Assembly (NCBI GenBank): GCA_963665755.1
Contig: OY762445.1
Span: 2,214,590-2,278,589, forward strand
Length of the DNA stretch: 64,000 nucleotides
Source: a bacterium
Lineage (GTDB): Bacteria; JAAXHH01
Reading direction: 5' to 3'
Made by a program: the position numbers and the translations under genes. Below the pieces are notes generated by a model, which saw nothing but the letters and a program-made list of their open reading frames with translations, ran no database searches and was not told the origin of the DNA. Of this stretch, positions 39,303 to 46,099 are shown piece by piece. Positions within the stretch are counted from its first letter, which is position 1. Every line of letters begins with the position of its first letter.

Positions 39303-39598
39303 GATCCATATGTACCCGCCGCATGGCCGATGTGTCAACTGTTTTGTAGGCTTTCCATGCGGGTGGAGGATTGGCGAATTAAAGGCCGCTGGACGGATGA
39401 AGGTAGGCGAATAATCGGCCGTTGGACGGATGGTCAGACGGGCGGACAGACACTGCCGGACGGGCCATTTTAGCCTTGCCAGATCCTGCGGAGAAATGAG
39501 ATATTGAGGGCATAGGCCGAAGGCGCAAATCATATGAGCAGGATCAACCAGGTTCGCGGCAGCCCGAAACTGAAGCCGCCCGGACCGGAGGTACGGTC

Positions 39599-40687
39599 AT
39601 GAGCACCGAACAGGATGACCAGGAACACGGTATCAAGGCGGTAAACCAGGAATTCACGCATTACGACCAGGTGAAGAAGGAACAGACCTACAACCTGGCC
39701 GAGGGCGCGGCGAAGGAGGAATTCGACGAGGAAACGCAGATCAGGACCTGCGACATGAGCCTGTTCTACCACGGCGGCCCGGAGGGCAAGGCACAGTTCG
39801 CCCGGGATATCGGCGAAGCCATGGAGGGCATCGGTTTCGTGATCCTCGAGAACCACGAGATACCGGCCAGCCTGTACGTCGAGGCAGAGCGCAAAGTAGC
39901 CGAGTTCTTCACGTCCACGCCTATAGCGGATAAGATGAGATACGAGGCCCAGCGGCACGGGTCGGTCAACCAGGGCTACTTCCCCATCAAGCAGACCAGC
40001 CGGATGCATCCCGATCTCGTCGAGGGCTGGGTATTCTGCCGGCGAGCCTTCAACCTGGGCGAGAACCCGGACTATCGTGAAACGGACTACTGGCCCGCGG
40101 CCGGATACGAACCCTTCTTCCGGCAGGTCATCCAAAGCCACGAAGGACTGATCCTGCCCCTCATGCAGAGCATCCTGGCCTATCTCGGCTGTGACTCGAC
40201 AATGTACGACGGAAAACTCACCCGAACGAACTTCGGCTTCCGGCTCAACTACTACCCGCCCATCACCCGGGAGGACGACGAGTCCGGCGCCGGTCGCATG
40301 CTGGGCCACGAAGACGTGGACCTGTTCACCATCCTGCCCTCCCACGGGGTGGATGGCCTGCAGGTGCTCAACCGCGAGAACATGAAGTGGATCCGCCTCA
40401 ATCCGCCCGAGGGCAGCATCATCATCAACACCGGCGACTACATGCAGCGGATCACCAACGACCGCCTTCCCTCCACCACGCACCGCGTCAGCAAGCCTAT
40501 CGACACCAGTCTCTACGAATCGGCCCGCATCAGCATTCCCATGGCCGTATACGTCTGGGAAGAAGAGATGCTCGAGGTGCTGCCCAACACAGGCGAGCCT
40601 AAGTACGAACCCATCTCCGCCGTCCAGTTCCACACCCGGACCACGAGCAAGTACTACGGCGACGATTACGCCGTTGATGATGACTGA
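39599..40687 (+). CDS. Fe(II)/2-oxoglutarate-dependent oxygenase (isopenicillin-N-synthase-like DIOX_N + 2OG-FeII_Oxy)
   Basis: H-E-D (MLGHEDVDLFTIL), a distal His (TTHRVS) and the R-x-S 2OG-binding motif (ARISIP). 362 aa. Confidence 0.8.
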   Translation: MSTEQDDQEHGIKAVNQEFTHYDQVKKEQTYNLAEGAAKEEFDEETQIRTCDMSLFYHGGPEGKAQFARDIGEAMEGIGFVILENHEIPASLYVEAERKVAEFFTSTPIADKMRYEAQRHGSVNQGYFPIKQTSRMHPDLVEGWVFCRRAFNLGENPDYRETDYWPAAGYEPFFRQVIQSHEGLILPLMQSILAYLGCDSTMYDGKLTRTNFGFRLNYYPPITREDDESGAGRMLGHEDVDLFTILPSHGVDGLQVLNRENMKWIRLNPPEGSIIINTGDYMQRITNDRLPSTTHRVSKPIDTSLYESARISIPMAVYVWEEEMLEVLPNTGEPKYEPISAVQFHTRTTSKYYGDDYAVDDD

Positions 40688-40780
40688 GGACGGAGCGATA
40701 TTACGTCTGACGGCCACCCAGCGGCCCGCGAATGACCACCCGTGGTAGACGACGACAGGCGGGATCCAGAAAGGCTATGC

Positions 40781-41539
40781 ATGACTCCCCACGAAAGATA
40801 CCTCTTCGACCTGCAGGGCTTCATCGAGGTCCCGGACGCCATTGACGTCGGGCAACTCGCCGAATTGAACGGCATACTGGACGAGAAGATCGACGGGGCC
40901 ATGGCGCCCGGCGCCACCACCCACCGATTCGGTTTCACGCTGCTCGACTGGGGACCCGCGTACCGGGCATTGATAGACAACCCGCGGATAGATCCTTACC
41001 TGGAAAAGCTGATCGGTCCAAAGTACCGGCTGGACCACGACTACGCCGATATCATCCGCAAAGGCGACGGTCCCATCGGCACGACCCTCCACGGCGGCGC
41101 CATTCCCTTCGACCCTCTCTACTCCTACACCTGCACCAACGAAGAGATCCGTTGCGGCCTGACCGTGGTGGCCTACTACCTGAAGGACGTCAATCCAGGC
41201 GACGGCGGATTCGGCTGCGTACCCGGCAGCCACAAGAGCAACTTCCGGTTCCCGGACGAGTGGCGCAACCTCAAGACCGACCAGCCCTTCATCCGAGCCG
41301 TAACCGGCAAGGCCGGCACCGCCGTGATCTTTACCGAAGCGCTGACCCACGGGACCATGCCCTGGCGCGGCGACGAGCGCCGCACCCTCTTCTACAAGTA
41401 CTCGCCCAATTCGATATCCTGGTACGCGGAATACTACGACGCCGACCGGTACGAGGGTCTGACGGAACGGCAGCAGAAGATCCTTGAAGCGCCGAACGCG
41501 CGGTACGGGCAGCGGTTTAAGCGTGGGGTGGTGGTGTAG
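40781..41539 (+). CDS. PhyH-family Fe(II)/2OG oxygenase-like protein with a non-canonical H-G-G in place of the H-x-D/E metal motif
   Basis: It aligns with the two other PhyH-family genes in this window (…WHRD… / …WHMD… versus …TLHGGAIPFD…). The distal His is conserved (CVPGSHKSNF). The start was chosen at MTPHERYL. Confidence 0.65.
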   Translation: MTPHERYLFDLQGFIEVPDAIDVGQLAELNGILDEKIDGAMAPGATTHRFGFTLLDWGPAYRALIDNPRIDPYLEKLIGPKYRLDHDYADIIRKGDGPIGTTLHGGAIPFDPLYSYTCTNEEIRCGLTVVAYYLKDVNPGDGGFGCVPGSHKSNFRFPDEWRNLKTDQPFIRAVTGKAGTAVIFTEALTHGTMPWRGDERRTLFYKYSPNSISWYAEYYDADRYEGLTERQQKILEAPNARYGQRFKRGVVV

Positions 41540-42135
41540 GTGGGTTTTTCGGATAGACCAGCTAATATCTCGACAATAGGAATACCTTACGAGTAAACCA
41601 ACCGATCTTTCGGCAACATGAATGTGGCATTAGAGATTTCTGAATCAAGAGGTTACCGATGGACGTCAAGGAAACCGTAAGGACAGCCATGGATAATGTT
41701 GCCGACATGTACTCGGAAGAGGGTATTTCACAGATAGGATTAGAAGAGGTAGAGTACGATGAACTGAACGCTCAAATGAAAAACAACCGAGTGAGTTGAT
41801 TTCCGAATTGCGTCATCAACGAGGAACGCTCTCAGTTTCCATTACTCTTTTCATACACGTTTTCAACAATAGCTAAGACGTTGTAATCCTTTTCGGGTTC
41901 AGTTTAAAACACGAATCTACGAGCACTGAGCGTAGTGTACTTATATAGGGATTGAAACAATGGATCGGGCGTTTCGCAATTACTCTTGGACATTACTGAA
42001 ATGTTTTTGACCTCGTTTTAAGACTGATAAACTATCCGCTAATCAAATTTGTATGTGATTCCCCATTCAATTTCCTACTATCTACTTGCTAGACATGATA
42101 CCGGTGTAGAATAAGTAACTGACAAAGGAGTCATC
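41540..42135. other. AT-rich non-coding leader marking the left edge of a lower-GC acquired block (the defence island)
   Basis: There is an abrupt compositional change relative to the flanking high-GC genes. About 600 bp has no ORF of 60 aa or more. One 46-codon acidic ORF (41659-41799) has an AAGAGG RBS. Confidence 0.6.
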
Positions 42136-43944
42136 GTGGCGATCGCAACAACGCCTGTGGCAGACAGACACGAAACGATATCGCCAACTTCGGCGCAGGC
42201 CGATATCGAATCGGCATCAGTGAGTGCCCGGAGGCTTGCATCGTCGGTGAAACCTGAAAACCGACTTGATTTTGCCCGCACGATGGTTTACGGCGTTGTC
42301 TGCGCATATTGGGAAGGGCTACAGTCAAGGTCAGGCTGGAGCCTGCCGCTACGGAAACCGCCCTTCGATTGCCAAGTCACGCCTGTACTTCCGGAAGTCA
42401 GCGCACTGGCGCAAATTATCGGAACGGCCGCAAACTTGCTTCCGCCAACGCACGCCAGCTACCAGATAGGCATGGTTTACACCGCAATGATGCCGGACAG
42501 GTTACGGGCTGAACTAGGAGCGTATTACACGCCGCCCGCGCTATGCGAGCGATTGCTGGAGATGGCAACGGAGGCTGGTGTCGATTGGCGTTCGGCCCGG
42601 ATTCTCGATCCTGCGTGTGGAGGGGGCGCATTCCTGTCTCCGGTGGCGCATCGAATAATGGAAAACCTGGATGGCCGCAGTGCCGAGACCGTGCTGAATA
42701 ACATACAGCAACGTCTGCATGGATTCGAACTTGACCCCTTTGCGGCGTGGCTTTCAATGGTATTTCTCGATGCGACCCTCGGTGAAATGTACTTAGAGAC
42801 AAGAACCCGGCTTCGTTCCATCGTGCGGGTGCAAGACACGATGGAACGGACTCCGTCGGGCGAAGGGTTCGATCTTGTCGTTGGAAACCCGCCGTACGGA
42901 AGAATCTCATTGTCAACAGATCTGCGTAACAGGTTCCGCCGCAGCCTGTTTGGCCATGCAAACTTGTATGGCGTGTTTACCGATCTGGCGTTGCGCTTCG
43001 CGAGCCCCGGAGGGGTGATCGCATTCGTGACCCCCACGAGCTTTCTTGCCGGCGAGTATTTCAAGAATCTACGCGACCTGCTTGGACGGGAAGCTCCGCC
43101 TGTGAGCATCGACTTTGTTGGCGAACGCAAGGGGGTTTTTACTGATGTGTTGCAGGAAACCTTGTTGGCAACCTATAGGCGTGGCGGCAACCCATATGTG
43201 GGCGAAGTGCATTTCATTACGCCTGGACCGGATGGCTCGATTACAACAAAGACCGCAGGATCCTTCGGTCTGCCTGAAGAACCGGCCCACCCATGGGTTA
43301 TGCCGCGTTCTGAAGATCAATGCCTGCTGGTGCGGCAGGCCGAGCGACTGCGGTATCGACTGGCCGACTACGGCTATACGGTGAGCACCGGACCCCTGGT
43401 TTGGAACAGACACAAAGAGAGCTTGAGAGGAGGACCCGGAAAGGGGCGATATCCGTTGATCTGGGCAGAATCGGTGCGCCCATACGGTGAGTTTGAATTC
43501 AGGGCAGTTAAGCGGAATCACAAACCGTATTTCGAACCAAAGCCAAACGAGTGCTGGGTAGTCACCGATTCGCCGTGCGTGCTGTCCCAAAGGACCACGT
43601 CGAAGGAGCAAAATCGGCGTTTGAAAGTGGCAGAGTTACCCATGTCCTTCGTCGAGAAACACGGTGGTGTGGTTGTCGAGAACCATTTGAACATAATCAA
43701 GCCGCTCGATGGCGAGCCGAAGGTGACACCTACGGCGTTGTCTGCTTTGTTGAACAGCGAAGTGGTAGACAGACTGTTCCGTTGCATAAACGGCAGCGTC
43801 GCGGTATCCGCCTATGAACTGAAATCGTTGCCCCTCCCATCTCCGGAAGACATGAAAGCAATTGAGCAAATGGTGAATCGTCGCGCGAAACGTAAAACGG
43901 TGGAACGGGCGGTAGAACGTCTGTACAGCGTCGGAGTGACATGA
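42136..43944 (+). CDS. N6-adenine DNA methyltransferase, gamma class (Eco57I/TaqI-like), type II RM modification subunit
   Basis: Motif X (GAYYTPPAL), motif I (ILDPACGGGAFL) and motif IV (VVGNPPYGR) are in gamma-class order. A C-terminal region of about 150 aa fits a target-recognition domain. Confidence 0.85.
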   Translation: MAIATTPVADRHETISPTSAQADIESASVSARRLASSVKPENRLDFARTMVYGVVCAYWEGLQSRSGWSLPLRKPPFDCQVTPVLPEVSALAQIIGTAANLLPPTHASYQIGMVYTAMMPDRLRAELGAYYTPPALCERLLEMATEAGVDWRSARILDPACGGGAFLSPVAHRIMENLDGRSAETVLNNIQQRLHGFELDPFAAWLSMVFLDATLGEMYLETRTRLRSIVRVQDTMERTPSGEGFDLVVGNPPYGRISLSTDLRNRFRRSLFGHANLYGVFTDLALRFASPGGVIAFVTPTSFLAGEYFKNLRDLLGREAPPVSIDFVGERKGVFTDVLQETLLATYRRGGNPYVGEVHFITPGPDGSITTKTAGSFGLPEEPAHPWVMPRSEDQCLLVRQAERLRYRLADYGYTVSTGPLVWNRHKESLRGGPGKGRYPLIWAESVRPYGEFEFRAVKRNHKPYFEPKPNECWVVTDSPCVLSQRTTSKEQNRRLKVAELPMSFVEKHGGVVVENHLNIIKPLDGEPKVTPTALSALLNSEVVDRLFRCINGSVAVSAYELKSLPLPSPEDMKAIEQMVNRRAKRKTVERAVERLYSVGVT

Positions 43945-45029
43945 TGGTATTGCCTGCTTTGACACCCGTATCCGATATCCATGAACGGCTGCAGGTCATC
44001 TTTCCATCCGGAACGGCTAACCGGAACTACGTGACACGCGAGATCGCTGCCAAGACGGTATTCGTCATGATGTATAGCGGCGCGATAGAAGGATCGGACC
44101 ACTGGATACGACCGGACCAGGTGACTCGGATGACCGATGTACAGGCAGCGTCTACGAGCGACGCCGACCGCGAAGCGTGGCGGGAAGAGTCTCTGCGGCC
44201 CGCGGCTGGATCTATAGAGGGACGGTGGTACGCTGTTAATACACGCGAGCCGATCCGCGACGAGACGTTGCGCGAGGGGTTGGTGCGGACCGGTGCCGTG
44301 GTGGAGCGGGAAAGGATTCCAACGACCTCGCCGAGGCCGCGCTATGCGCTTACTCGGGATTTCGTGGCTTTGCTTGATCCTGGTTTGTACGGCAATGCCC
44401 TTGAAACTGCAGTTACGGCCTGGCAGAAATCGAATCTATCGACGGGTGCGCTGGCACGCATTGAGATCATGAGACAGGGTGCAGTCAGTAGCGAAGGTAG
44501 AGTTCTCGTTACGTTGCCAAGTGGCGAAACCCGGCAAATGCAACCGGGCCCGAGTTCAGTGATTTCAAAAGCCGTTATTGAGGAATTCGCACCGAGATTC
44601 CTTGGAGTGCCTGGGGCGATCTGGTTAAGCGAAAGTCGCAACCAGGTCGTGGCGCGGGATGATGAATTGGCACAGGCGATCGGCCTGACTATCGACCCGC
44701 AACGCAATCTGCCCGATCTGATCCTCGTCGACCTTGGTCCGGTTGAACCAGTGCTCGTGTTTGTGGAGGTAGTGGCAACATCCGGACCCGTTAGTGCGTC
44801 GCGCCAAGTGGCGTTGTGGAGGATCGCTGAAGAAGCCGGGTTCAACGAAAAACAGGTAGTATTCGTGACAGCCTTCGAGGACCGTGACACTGCCACGTTC
44901 AAAAGCTCGGTGAGCCAGTTGGCCTGGCGGTCTTTCGCGTGGTTCATGTCCGAGCCGGATCACATCATATTCCTGTATCAAGGCGCCCAGAACGGACAGG
45001 TGAAGTTGACGAATCTGAATGCCATTTAA
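43941..45029 (+). CDS. candidate type II restriction endonuclease partner of the upstream methyltransferase (BsuBI/PstI-family-like)
   Basis: A 362-aa ORF whose ATG overlaps the MTase stop (ATGA). It has an acidic/hydrophobic core segment (DLILVDLGPVEPVLVFVEVVATSG) compatible with a PD-(D/E)xK-type nuclease. The family assignment rests on gene context and general resemblance, not on a verified motif. Confidence 0.45.
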   Translation: MMVLPALTPVSDIHERLQVIFPSGTANRNYVTREIAAKTVFVMMYSGAIEGSDHWIRPDQVTRMTDVQAASTSDADREAWREESLRPAAGSIEGRWYAVNTREPIRDETLREGLVRTGAVVERERIPTTSPRPRYALTRDFVALLDPGLYGNALETAVTAWQKSNLSTGALARIEIMRQGAVSSEGRVLVTLPSGETRQMQPGPSSVISKAVIEEFAPRFLGVPGAIWLSESRNQVVARDDELAQAIGLTIDPQRNLPDLILVDLGPVEPVLVFVEVVATSGPVSASRQVALWRIAEEAGFNEKQVVFVTAFEDRDTATFKSSVSQLAWRSFAWFMSEPDHIIFLYQGAQNGQVKLTNLNAI

Positions 45030-45149
45030 AGTCATCGCTGAACAATCTCCGAACAGCGCTTTCTGTTGGTGGAATTGGAATCGTATAACAGTTCTGGTAT
45101 TTCTTATCAATTTGAAGTTGCGCCCGGAATGTGTTCACAAGGAGTACAT

Positions 45150-45503
45150 ATGACACTTCTGAAGGCAATAGAAGAAGTCCTGAACACGGTTCGAAAACCA
45201 CTACATGTCTCCGAGATATACACCGAAATCGTCAATCGGGACCTATGGAGTACTTCCGGAAAAACCCCCGAAGCGACAATCAGCGCACAACTCAGTTCAG
45301 ATCTCAAGAAACATGGTGACGCATCCCGGTTCGTCAGGGTTTCACCTCAGACCTTTGCCATGCACGATTGCACTTGGAATGACGACGAGAAAACAAAAAC
45401 CAATGCACTACAAAGACATTACATCAAAAGCACTAGAAAACGGTTGGCTGGTTACCAAGGGGAAGACCCCCGAGTTAACCATGAACGCCCAAGTGAACAC
45501 TGA
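45150..45503 (+). CDS. standalone Mrr_N (HARE-HTH winged-helix) domain protein. It may be the frameshifted N-terminal part of the downstream Mrr gene.
   Basis: MTLLKAIEEVLNTVRKPLHVSEIYTEIVNRDLW...GKTPEATISAQLSSDLKK...ASRFVRV matches the Mrr N-terminal domain. A perfect AAGGAG RBS lies 7 nt before ATG 45150. Confidence 0.55.
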   Translation: MTLLKAIEEVLNTVRKPLHVSEIYTEIVNRDLWSTSGKTPEATISAQLSSDLKKHGDASRFVRVSPQTFAMHDCTWNDDEKTKTNALQRHYIKSTRKRLAGYQGEDPRVNHERPSEH

Positions 45504-46086
45504 GATAAAACGACGGCGGAACCGAGGTGACGCTCCTCGATTTGTCCAGCACGGGCGTGGTTACATCGGCCTGAGCAAATGGCAAGCGCGAGGTTTGGCG
45601 TTCCAGATCGAGCAGTACAATCAAGAAGTGCGAAAGACGTTACGAGACCGTCTGCTGGCTATAAAACCTAAAGAGTTTGAAAAGCTGATTTCGCGATTGC
45701 TGGCCGAGATGGGCTTCGTCGAAGTGGAGGTCGGGAGTTTTCATGCCGACGGCGGAATCGATGTTCGGGGTGAACTTACGGTAGGAGATGTTGTTCGTTT
45801 GAAACTAGCTGTTCAGGTCAAACGATGGAAGCGCAACGTGCAAGCCCCAGTTGTTAGAGACGTAAGAGGTAGCCTGGGTGCCCACGAACAAGGACTGATA
45901 ATTACGACCAGCGATTTCGGGAAAGGAGCGAAAGAAGAAGCTGCCCAAGCCGACAAGAGCCCTATTGCGCTCATGAATGGAGAGCAACTCGTCCAACTTA
46001 TGATGGAATACGGTATCGGTGTCCACCGCTCGACACCCAATCTGCTCGAGATTGATGAGGAATCGCTGGCGTGGAACAAAGAATAA
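45403..46086 (+). CDS. mrr: Mrr-family type IV (modification-dependent) restriction endonuclease: a second Mrr_N domain plus the Mrr_cat nuclease domain
   Basis: Second Mrr_N copy (MHYKDITSKALENGWLVTKGKTPELTMNAQVNTEIKRR...APRFVQH). The catalytic core is GGIDVRGE ... VQVKRW (PD-(D/E)xK of Mrr_cat). The frame is +1 relative to the upstream Mrr_N gene, with 101 nt of overlap. Confidence 0.7.
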   Translation: MHYKDITSKALENGWLVTKGKTPELTMNAQVNTEIKRRRNRGDAPRFVQHGRGYIGLSKWQARGLAFQIEQYNQEVRKTLRDRLLAIKPKEFEKLISRLLAEMGFVEVEVGSFHADGGIDVRGELTVGDVVRLKLAVQVKRWKRNVQAPVVRDVRGSLGAHEQGLIITTSDFGKGAKEEAAQADKSPIALMNGEQLVQLMMEYGIGVHRSTPNLLEIDEESLAWNKE

Positions 46087-46099
46087 TGGAGCGAAGGCC

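Noticed and set aside
39303-39533. 77-codon N-terminal extension of the P5C dehydrogenase ORF
   Set aside because: P5C dehydrogenases begin at the conserved MANARF…NEPV motif. The extension is Cys/Pro-rich non-homologous sequence running into the divergent promoter region.
45205-45402. ORF-track start of the Mrr gene at 45205 (66 extra codons)
   Set aside because: Those codons are simply the +1 frame of the upstream Mrr_N coding sequence. The recognisable Mrr_N domain of this frame begins at Met 45403.
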